This document shows, piece by piece, positions 28,356 through 39,601 of a stretch of 64,000 nucleotides of DNA; the stretch's first letter is position 1; each line of letters starts with the position of its first letter. A program made the translations under genes and the position numbers. Where the stretch lies: the NCBI GenBank assembly GCA_951406725.2, contig OX597838.1, positions 7,440,001-7,504,000 on the forward strand, written 5' to 3'. The notes under the pieces are model-generated. The model was given only the letters and a program-made list of their open reading frames with translations. It made no database searches and was not told the DNA's origin. Source of the DNA: Octopus vulgaris (lineage: Eukaryota).

Positions 28356-29223
28356 TCATACTGGATCATAAAGTATATGCATAAGTTTACGTATTGAGAA
28401 ATTATAAAAGGACTTGAAGGGCTAGAAAATATCAAAGAGCGACTAGGTATATATACAAAGCAGTAAAGGCGTCAGCTAATACAATAGAGACGATACCCTT
28501 GATAAATATCTAAAAAAAAATGAATGCCTACATCAACAGTTTAGGATGTTATAATGTACGCAGCGTAAATATATCAAAGCTTACTACTTGAGACAGACAA
28601 GGTAGGAAACCGAATGAAATAATGAGACTTAAATATTATATATCCTCTTCAAATATGATTATGACAAAAAATATGTGTGTGCATGTATGTGTGTGTATGT
28701 GTTTGTGTTCCTGTGTGTATGTATGTTTGTATGCAGGCTAATACATATATATATATGTGTATGTGTGTGTGTATTTAAATATATGTATATTTATACATAT
28801 ATATATATACATACATATATTTAAATATATGTATATTTATACATACATATATATATATGAATATATATATACATAAATGTGCATATATATATACACACAC
28901 ACATATATATATATATATATACATATGCATGTATATATATATATTTATATATATACATATATATATATACATTTATATAGATAGATATATATGTGTGTGT
29001 GTGAGCGCGTGCGTTTATGTATATGTATGTATGTAGCGTCATTTTGATATTTTTACAAGATTGTCAAAACGTGACTAATTTGATAAAATCAGCCGACAAT
29101 ATTTTTTTTTTTATCAGAAAACAATTTCTAAGGTACAATTTCTCGGCTTTCTCTATAATTCTCTTAACAATCTTTCCTCCCTCGATCTTTACAAAACACG
29201 CGCGTGCTTACACACAAACACAG

Positions 29224-29261
<38 letters not shown>

Positions 29262-29816
29262 GCATACATACATGCATACACGCATATATAAATGCTTGTG
29301 TGTGTGTGTGTGTGTATGTGTGTGTGTATGTGTGTGTGTTTCTGCAGAGAGAGAAATGTCAAACACCTTACAGCGGATTATTGTTGATATTTTCTTTTAC
29401 GTATTTTGCGTTTTGTTTCAAAAATATTAGTTTCTGAATTTGTTTAGAATTTATTCCAGTCATGGTAAGAATTCCAGATCTCAGTTTACGAAGACTCAGA
29501 GTTAATTCGTATTTCCCAGTACCTATTTTTCGTTAACCATACATTTGTATATACTGGGACGCACGCTAACATACATACAATGTATGTATGCGTTACTTTA
29601 GTAAACACAAATTCATATTATTTGCTCCCTACGTCCGTTTCAACGTTGTTGTTGTTTAGGAGCATACGATTGGATGTCCTTATTGCAAAGCCGCATTGGA
29701 TCTCCAGAGGAAGTCTTTACTGTAAGTGCATACTGGCACAGAAATATTATATACTACAAATAATACAACACACACAGACACACATACATACACACGTTTG
29801 TACATATGTGTATATA

Positions 29817-30310
29817 CAGGGGTTGGACAAAATAATGGAAACACCTTAAAATTTCAAACAAATTTATTTTAATATGGGGTTGGACTTGTACAAAGTATGA
29901 ATTATTTACAAAAGAATTTTTGTCCATTCTAAAACAGTCTCCACTTGTAGTGATGATAGTGGAGGGTATCGTTTCTAAAGAGCACCATATATGTTTAATA
30001 ATATTGAGATCTGTGGACTGTGGTTACCAGTTAAGATGTTCAACTTCGCTAGAATTTTCCTCGTGCCATTCAGTAACACCGTCAGCTAGGTGAATTGGTG
30101 CATTACCATCGTGAAAGATTGCGTTTCTCTCCGGAAACAGTTCCGCAGCCATATTTTGAATTTGATCAGATAAAATGCTCAAATATTCTTGACTATTAAC
30201 TCTGCCATGAAGGAAAATCATTGGGCCGGCGGATTTCCAAGATATAGCCCCCCCCCCGATCATCTCAGATCCTCCTCCGTGTTTAACAGTTAGAAGAATG
30301 CATGTGTCCA
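29817..30310 (-). mobile_element. Tc1-family DNA transposon 3' fragment with terminal inverted repeat
   Basis: TA|CAGGGGTTGGACAAAATAATGGAAACAC terminus. Translation TVKHGGGS..G.IS...FHDGNAPIH...LNW*PQSTDLNII matches the Tc1 DDE domain. Confidence 0.85.
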
Positions 30311-30323
30311 ATGGTTTGTTGTT

Positions 30324-30369
30324 AACACAACGTTTCGGCTGATGCATCGTCCAGCCTTCGTCAGGTGTC
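30324..30369 (-). ncRNA. Minimal type-I hammerhead ribozyme with canonical core
   Basis: Minus strand reads GACAC-CTGACGA-A-GGCTG(gacgatgcat)CAGCC-GAAAC-GTT-GTGTT. 5-bp stem I, 5-bp stem II, ACGT palindromic stem III, GUU triplet. Confidence 0.7.
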
Positions 30370-30504
30370 TTAGGGAAACGTTGTGTTAACATCGAACAAG
30401 AAGAGAACAAATATCTGTCGAATGTAAATAATGTACATAATTCCTCATCTCTTAAATGTAGAACTGTACAGTGGAAAATGAACTCAGAATATAAAGACAA
30501 ACGA

Positions 30505-30990
30505 AATGCCTATTTCTTTATTACCCAGAAGGGGTTAAACACAGACGGACAAACAAGGACAGACAAAGTGATTAAATCGATTATATCGACCCCAGTGCGT
30601 AACTGGTACTTATTTAATCGACCCCGAAATAATGAAAGGCAAAGTCGACCTCGGGGGAATTTGAACTCACGACGTAACGGCAGACGAAATACCGCTACGC
30701 ATTTTGCCCGGCGTGCTAACGTTTCTGCCAGCTCGCCGCCTTACGATAGACGAAATACTGTTAAACATTGTGCCCGGGATGCTATTCAAAAAGCCTGAAA
30801 TATTTTGAATAAGGAAGGAGCTATTCGATCACATAGACCCCAGTGCTTAAATACTCAGCATTACATCGACCCCCAAGAAGATGAAATGCAAAATTTGACA
30901 TCTATGGCATTTGAACTCAAAACATAAAGATAGACAGAATGCAAGTAAGCATTTTACCGAGTGTGTTAAAAATTCTGCCACTTCGCCGCT
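30505..30990 (-). mobile_element. Two SINE family B copies
   Basis: ctgccagctcgccgcc head (reverse complement) and actggtacttatttaatcgaccccgaaa core. Confidence 0.8.
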
Positions 30991-31840
30991 TCTAGGTTTT
31001 CTGTATAATATGCTGAATATCATCGTTTGCACTTTCATGCAGCTTTTACTACCAAGAACCAAATCGAATGAATAGGATCAGAGAAATAAACTAAAGAACG
31101 GAGAATTGAATACGGAACTGGGTAGAAAATAGATACAGAGAAGTTGTTAGACAAGAATGGTAAATGGAAGTCAGAACATGTACAGAAGCGAAATTAAATA
31201 AAACGAACATCATTTAATGAAACAACTGTGCAATTGAATTTTAGCTTTATTCTGTAGATTTGATTCAATAAATGAAAATGGTGCTTCATAGAACGATTGA
31301 ATATTCTAAACGTTTGTATCAATGAACACTTTGCAACGTCGAAAACTGTATGTGTCAAGGAATTGTGAAGATTGAAGCGAAATTAATCACAGATAATGAG
31401 CACTAGCAATGTGGAAAGCAGAGAATAAGAGAATAATAATACGATCGGAGAAAATCCTTTATGTATAGACACGAATGTCAATAGAAATGATGTAGGAGCT
31501 GGTAGATGTGGTGAAAAAAAAGTGTGGATGAGATTGGAGAGGCAAGAATTAAAACAAAAAGCAGTTTTGCTTAATTATAAAAGCCAGAGTAGGAGTGTTG
31601 GAATATCTATTGTGGATGATCAAGTATTGAGGATGAGAAACCGAAGGAATCTTGGGAAGAAATATATATACCATGAGAAAATAAATGTCGGATTATTAGT
31701 CCAGAGTTTATATGGTTATATAAACGATTCACGCACACAAATATATGTAAAGATAAACACAAAAATACATATGTATACATACACGCACACACACACTCAC
31801 ATACACACACACACAAACACATACACGCACACACACACAC

Positions 31841-31931
<91 letters not shown>

Positions 31932-31934
<3 letters not shown>

Positions 31935-32006
31935 TTTTAAATATTTGTTGTGCAAGATTTTTATTGGCTAACCTGGCAAAATGACCATTCCGAAATATAA
32001 CAATAT
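31932..32006. mobile_element. 75-bp miniature relic of the same PLE family (inverted tail + pLTR end) within (TA)n
   Basis: 31932-31962 is the reverse complement of ~39567-39598. 31958-32006 matches ~39494-39542 with 2 mismatches. (TA)n lies on both sides. Confidence 0.85.
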
Positions 32007-32324
32007 ATATATATATATAATATACAAAAAGGGTGAAATATAATTAAGTTAATAAAATTAATAAATTTCACCTAGTAGTTTTATCGGTATGGAAAAGACC
32101 ATATTTGGTAAGGATTATATTAATTATAATAAAGGGTTAATTGCAACAAGTTGCTCAAAACCACATACCTAGATTCTAGATTCTCTGTTTCTAATCTAGA
32201 AGCGATTTCGTCTATAATTAATCCAAATATGCTGGGATTTCGTTATTTTCTTTCTCTTTACCATATACGGGTTGCAAATTCTGTTTGTTTGTGGAGACTT
32301 TTTTACTAGTAGGAGAAATGGTGA

Positions 32325-32387
<63 letters not shown>

Positions 32388-32636
32388 GTGTATACTTACA
32401 AACTTATATATACATACATCCATAAACTAACTGTAGTCTCGCTGAAAATATAATTTGTGATTACGTATCAAGAAAGTTCCACCTGGAAAAAGAAATAAGA
32501 GGGCAAGAAGGAATTTTTTTTTAACACATATAACTGTAGCAAAAACAAAAATGATTAAGGATAAATGGAACTAATCTAAGCCTGTGCCTCTAGATTGAAG
32601 AACAGTTGTGTGAGAGCCTGTGCCCATAATTTTTAG

Positions 32637-32821
32637 GTGGACTCGGAATGCGCAGGTTTCCTCGATTGGATGTGGTTGGGAGGGGTCACTTGCTTTATCA
32701 AGATGACTGCATCGTCTATGTCCATTTGTTTTTGCGTACAATGCATACATTTTTTATATCGCCTTGCTTCCTTTCTTCTGCATTTCTTCACTGCAAAATT
32801 TTACGTCAGTCAACATGCAAA
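32637..32821 (+). CDS. Candidate internal exon of an unidentified hydrophobic (membrane) protein
   Basis: tttttag| acceptor, open frame VDSECAGFLDWMWLGGVTCFIK...HAK, |gtgaga donor in phase 2, compatible with the exon at 33219. Confidence 0.5.
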
Positions 32822-32983
32822 GTGAGAGAATCCTTGTCATAACCCCTTCAACTAATGCTCCTTTGAAGAATAATAGGAATCATTATGAAGATAATTAACA
32901 TCATCATCACCATTACCATCGACAACATCACCATCATCACCATCAACGCAATCGTCAACGTCACCATCACCATTATCGCCATT

Positions 32984-33060
<77 letters not shown>

Positions 33061-33218
33061 TTTCACCACCACCACCAAACATCAACGCCGAACCTGTCAC
33101 TACTGCCACAACCACCACCGTCATAATGACGATGGTGATGACGATTATGATGATGATGATCATCATCATCATCAAACTTAATAATGGTTTTCCTTGATTT
33201 AACATATTATCCATTCAG

Positions 33219-33303
33219 ATGTCACCATCTCCTAACATACAAGAAATATCTCAGATTCGTGGTGAGGAATGGCAGGACTATTAACTCCACCCTGATTGAA
33301 TGA
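33219..33303 (+). CDS. Candidate terminal exon ([27 protein letters not shown])
   Basis: ccattcag| acceptor. The paralog at 20132-20216 keeps frame, acceptor and stop. Confidence 0.55.
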
Positions 33304-33484
33304 CAGCGGTTTAATGGGGGAAATATTTCTCAGTCTTCAGTTCTGTAACGTTCTGTCAAAATCTTCAACTGTCGTTTACCTTAAAATGTTCTTTCATTAT
33401 ACAATTATCTCATACACACGGCTAATAGTGAGTGTGTATACGCATATGTGCTCACATGCATACACTAATGTGTGTAGGAGTGTT

Positions 33485-33529
<45 letters not shown>

Positions 33530-33594
33530 GTATACAAATATGTATATATGTATCTGTCTCTCTATACATATATAAGCAAATATGTATATATATT

Positions 33595-33627
<33 letters not shown>

Positions 33628-33817
33628 GATATACATATATATATGTACATATATGTACATATATATATATATATATATACATATATATATTTATATAGAT
33701 AGAGAGTTAGATAATAGAATTATAAATTTAGGTATGTGTATATTTATAATATGGAAATGTATACACACGCACACATACACACATCTATATATAGATATGT
33801 ATATATATATATATATA

Positions 33818-33859
<42 letters not shown>

Positions 33860-34237
33860 ATATACATATATGTGTGTGTCCGTGTGTGTGAGCGTATTTG
33901 TTTGTGCGTATATATATATATATACATACATACATACATACATAAACGTATATACATGGATATATGGTCCTGTGCATTTATATATAGTCGTGTCTATGAT
34001 ATTTATTCCTAAAGAAGAATTAACAATCTCCATATACTTACATAAATTTCTAGTAAAAAGAAAGAGAAAAAGAATACGATTTCTGCCAATCAGTCAAAAT
34101 TTACAACTATACACACACATAATAAGCTACATGCGTTTATGTACGCAGGGATATATATATATGCTTATATATATGTCTGTGTGTGTGTGTGTGTGTGATT
34201 GTGTTTCGGTGCGAACACATACATATACATATGTATA

Positions 34238-34285
<48 letters not shown>

Positions 34286-35075
34286 TATGTATATATATGT
34301 GTATATATGTATATATATATATGCATATATATGTATGTATTTATATATGCTTATATATATGCATATATTTGTATATACATATATATATTCATATACATAT
34401 ATATATATACCTATAGATATATCTACTTAAATGCATAGATATATATATACATACATAAGTATATACATATAGACATATATATGCATATACAGGATGTGTT
34501 GGTATAAGTGATGTCCGTATGTGTACGTGTGTCTATGTGCGTGTGGGTATGCTTTGGCGCGTGTGTCCACACGCCCAGTGTGTAAAGGAAGACAAAAATC
34601 TTGAGTTCTTAATAGCGTGAATGACAATCTTTAATAGAGGAGATTATAAAAATGACAAGAGAGTCGATGAGAAATCACTAACTATATTGATATTATAAGT
34701 TGCAAAATTGCGCAAAATATCGTTGTTATTTTCTAGATGTAATTATTAAAATCAATTTGCGTAAAAATGGAAGAAAAAGTTTGGAATTGCATAATATTGA
34801 AAGGGAGATAATTGAAGTTCTGTCAAAAATATATATCAACTAAAAAGGAGAACGTACATTTTAAAATGTCCTTTTATAAAATTTACATTATGTGAGAATA
34901 TACAAATTAAAAAGAAAAGAAAAATAATAGGGGGTTTCTTCAAATTCATATATACAGCCAGGTTGTACCTAAGCACTTACAGAGTCAAATATAGATAGAT
35001 AGATAGATAGATAGGTAGGTAGGTAGGTAGGTAGGTAGGTAGGTAGGTAGGTAGGTAGATATGTAGGTATATAGG

Positions 35076-35170
<95 letters not shown>

Positions 35171-35205
35171 ATAAACAGATAGATAAACAGATATAAACAA
35201 ATGAT

Positions 35206-35258
<53 letters not shown>

Positions 35259-35260
35259 GG

Positions 35261-35295
<35 letters not shown>

Positions 35296-35704
35296 TAATG
35301 AGAGAGAGAGAAAGAGAGCGAGTGAGAAAGTGAGAGACATATTCCTATTTGTACACTTATATGGGCACAGATAAGCGATTCTGTTTTCTTTTGCCGAGTT
35401 GCGTGTGAGTGCAGTTCTGAGATCTGTCTGAAACAGTGATAAACAACGGTAGAAATGGCGTTTGAGTTATGGGCATCTTTGATCTTTTACCTTTCACTCC
35501 TCCCAGAACCTCTCTTTTGCCTGAACGCTAATTACAGAATCGCAAACAAATCACAGCCGGTCGACAAGTGGTAGACAAACAAAACACCTCCCACCGCACA
35601 AAGAGAATGGCGCAAAAACAGACATACATTCTTACATACATACATACATGAAACATATGTGTTTGTTTGTGTGTGTGTGTCTGTGTGTGTGTGTGCGTTT
35701 GTGA

Positions 35705-35770
<66 letters not shown>

Positions 35771-35898
35771 ATATATATATTCTTTCTGGGCGTAAAACAA
35801 ATAAAACTAATACACTTGTTTGTTGTTCGTTCACCTGATGTCGTCTTTTATTTTCTGTAAATTTGCACTACATATATATCTATATATCTATCAATATA

Positions 35899-36013
<115 letters not shown>

Positions 36014-36218
36014 ATATGTATATATACATATATATATATATGGTGAAGATGGTGAAGATGGTGAAGGTGCCGACGACCGCTCGGTTCAAAGTCTCCCTTG
36101 ACCACAAGTGGCCTGAACTCTTTACATGAACAAAACCCTGTCCATAACTCCATGCCCCTCTACATGGCCTTGCTTTTTACTTTTTGAGCCCAAAAATTAA
36201 CTAACTAACTAACATATA

Positions 36219-36252
<34 letters not shown>

Positions 36253-36394
36253 CGTACATACATATATAGTTGGACTCCTTATTCGCATAATCACCGAACC
36301 TGGAGCTTATTTATGATCTATCCATATCCATAGTACTTTCTCATTATTACCCGACACCTTTGGGTCTTATTGACACCATTATCTCTCATAACCC

Positions 36395-36470
<76 letters not shown>

Positions 36471-36476
<6 letters not shown>

Positions 36477-36960
36477 ATATTTCGGAATGGTCATATTGCC
36501 AGTTTAGCCAATAAAAACACACGCACTATATATTTGGTGTTATTTTGCTTCAGTGATATTTATTTTTTACATTAATCTTAATCTTATTTCGGCCAAAGTT
36601 CTTTCGTCACACTCCTGTGACCGCATCAGTGGTCCTTTGTTTTCTTCTCACTTACTTGTGTCTCTCCTTACTAACCGTCAGCCATTTTGTATTTCTATTG
36701 TATGTCTTCATTTGCGCATGCTTATATCTCTATGTGCGTCTATGTTTATTTAGTGTGTGGGGGGGGATGTCTGTAATATTTGTATCTTCTGGTTATATAC
36801 ATTCTTGTAATTTGTATTTTGTTTTTGTTGTTGCTTTTGTTCTAATTTTGTTCATGTGTTTACATCCACCCATTATTATCATTACATATGCTTGTATGTA
36901 TAACAACAATATTAGTAATATTAGTAATAATAATAATAAATCTAATCGAGAAAAAAAAAA
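36471..36960 (-). repeat. Inverted pseudo-LTR of the PLE
   Basis: Reverse complement of ~39058-39540 with small slippage differences (9-bp attagtaat duplication, one fewer ttg, G-run length). Joins the ORF copy at an A-run with AA microhomology. Confidence 0.9.
36591..36635 (-). ncRNA. Third (inverted) copy of the pLTR hammerhead-like motif
   Basis: Reverse complement of 39376-39420. Confidence 0.6.
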
Positions 36961-38862
36961 TGATATCCCGGCACTGTATGGACTTCGCAAGGACCATAAA
37001 GGTTTTACTGACCCTATAGCAGGACCACCAACAAGACCAGTCTGTGGAGCGAATATCGCTAGCAATTACAGAATCTCCTACTTCCTCTCAATGATCATAC
37101 GCCCTATAATCAGGATGTCACCTGATGTATGTGACAGCACAGAAGATCTCCTAAGCAGGATCAGTGACTGTAACAAAACTTGTGACTTGACAGGATGTAT
37201 AGTAGGTAGCATGGATGTGGTATCCCTATACCCATCGATTGACGTAGATTTTGCAGTGGAGAAGTGCGTGGAGATGATCAACGAGAGCCAGGTGGAGTTC
37301 TGTAATGTCGACACAGAAGAACTGGGCCTCCTACTTAGACTGACATATAATAGTGAATACTTAGATAAACATAATCTTAGTAGTTTCTGCCCCAGTAGAT
37401 GTTTAAGAGGTAGACCGCCTACAATTACTTCTATGGCTAGGAAGACACATATAGAAAGATGGCGCGGATGGACCAGAGCCATACGGAGCCCCGCAAATGT
37501 CCATCAGGTAAAGAAAATGATCGCACATGCACTAGGAGCTAGTATAAGAGTTACCCTAAAAGGCCACACATTTAAATTTAATAATAAAATATATGCCCAG
37601 GACGAGGGGGCAGCCATCGGTGTTAGTATCGCTGGTGATGTGGCCAACCTCTTCATGGTATGGTGGGACAGAAGGCTTAAAGAATGCCTACTGCAGAAAT
37701 CCGTACTCGTAAACATGTACTCTCGCTATGTTGATGATATCAATATAGTAGTAAAGGCACCCCCACAAGAGAGTACGGTTGATATAGTAATAGAAACTAA
37801 TACTATGGAGAGCATCCAGCAAATAGCTAACTCCATCCACCAGAGTATTAAGGTCACAATAGACTACCCCACTAAACACCCCAACCATAGACTACCAGTA
37901 CTAGACACTGAACTCTGGCTAGAAATTGTGAAAAATAAAACCCAAATCCTTCATTCATACTATGCAAAACCTATGGCCTCAAAATACCTGATCCACCGGA
38001 ACTCAGCCATTGCGGGCAATGCCAAATTCAATATTTTGATGGCAGACCTCGTCAGAATAATGAGAAATGTGTCACGCATGTGCGAGCCTACAGAATTAAA
38101 GAGACACATACAGTATTTCATTCACCGCATGCAGTTCTCAGGTTACAGCCATAAAGAAAGGATCAGAGTATACAAAGGAGCCATGAAGAAATTTGATAAT
38201 ATATTATGTAATGATAGGAATGGGATTTGCCCACTCTATAGGAACAAGTCATGGAACACTATAGAAAGGACAAAAAGAAAATAAGGAAGGCCAACTCTTG
38301 GTATGATAGCCATAAATACCAGAGTGTCATGTTCGTTGACACCACCCCTGGAGGTGAACTAGCGTACCGCTTTAGAAGGACCCTAGATAAACTTAAACTA
38401 AGAATTAAGGTTGTTGAAAAGCCAGGCAACCCTATCAGATCTATAATTGGTAGAACCTATCCTTTTAGTAGAACTCTCTGTACGGATAACTATTGCACTG
38501 TATGTAGATTTAGCCCACAAACGAACTGTAAAGCCAGAAATGTGGTCTATAGTATAAGATGTATAGAGGGACGATGCAGTAACAAGACAGTAACATACGT
38601 AGGGGAAACTGCAAGAAGCATTGGTGAGCGGGTGAATGAACATTGGAGACAACTCAAGGAAGGTAAAAGCTCATCGATTCTGTACCAACACGCCGAACAA
38701 GAACACGGGGGATCAATCAATAACATAGAGATTAAGATATTGTCCACACATAGAACAGATGCAACAATTAGACAAATTACAGAAGCTACACATATAATAG
38801 AAAATAAACCTAGCCTGAATAGAAAACTAGAATGGAGCAATAGCGCACACCACAACATATGA
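36959..38862 (+). pseudogene. 5'-truncated upstream copy of the PLE ORF (RT + GIY-YIG) with a 1-nt frameshift near 38275
   Basis: Matches 41539-43443 except for one A missing in an A-run (ggacaaaaagaaa vs ggacaaaaaagaaa). This splits it into ORFs 36617-38284 and 38251-38862. Confidence 0.9.
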
Positions 38863-39601
38863 CAATAGTGGATCCTGCAAACATAATAAATACACAGGTA
38901 ATTAAAGAAATAGAAATGAATATCTATGTGTATGTATATGTGTATATATATGTATATGTATATGTGTATATATGTGTGTATATATGTATATATATATATG
39001 TATATGTATGTGTATGTATATATATATATATATATGTATATGTATATTCTTTTTTTTTTTTTTTTTTCTCGATTAGATTTATTATTATTATTACTAATAT
39101 TGTTGTTATACATACAAGCATATGTAATGATAATAATGGGTGGATGTAAACACATGAACAAAATTAGAACAAAAGCAACAACAACAAAAACAAAATACAA
39201 ATTACAAGAATGTATATAACCAGAAGATACAAATATTACAGACATCCCCCCCACACACTAAATAAACATAGACGCACATAGAGATATAAGCATGCGCAAA
39301 TGAAGACATACAATAGAAATACAAAATGGCTGACGGTTAGTAAGGAGAGACACAAGTAAGTGAGAAGAAAACAAAGGACCACTGATGCGGTCACAGGAGT
39401 GTGACGAAAGAACTTTGGCCGAAATAAGATTAAGATTAATGTAAAAAATAAATATCACTGAAGCAAAATAACACCAAATATATAGTGCGTGTGTTTTTAT
39501 TGGCTAAACTGGCAATATGACCATTCCGAAATATAACAATATCTGTTTCAACACACGACTTCACATAAAAAATCTTGCACAACAAATATTTAAACGTACT
39601 A
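38863..39601 (+). repeat. Internal PLE 3'UTR/pLTR; also the 5' leader of the intact ORF
   Basis: Direct repeat of 43444-44184. Overlaps the first ~28 codons of the ORF. Confidence 0.9.
39376..39420 (+). ncRNA. Variant minimal type-I hammerhead ribozyme motif in PLE pLTR
   Basis: GGACCA-CTGATGC-G-GTCACA(GGAG)TGTGAC-GAAA-G-AA-C-TT-TGGCC. Stem I GG(A)CCA/TGGCC, 6-bp stem II, core CUGAUGC instead of CUGANGA. Confidence 0.6.

Noticed and set aside
38251-38862. Separate 203-aa GIY-YIG gene or programmed frameshift
   Set aside because: Caused by a single missing A in a homopolymer of the truncated copy (mutation or sequencing error); the full copy is continuous.
39458-39548. Second possible hammerhead (CTGAAGC...GAAATAT-AACA-ATATC) whose AUC coincides with the inverted pLTR end
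   Set aside because: Stem III is plausible, but there is no convincing stem I or stem II; the coincidence may simply reflect AT microhomology with the target.
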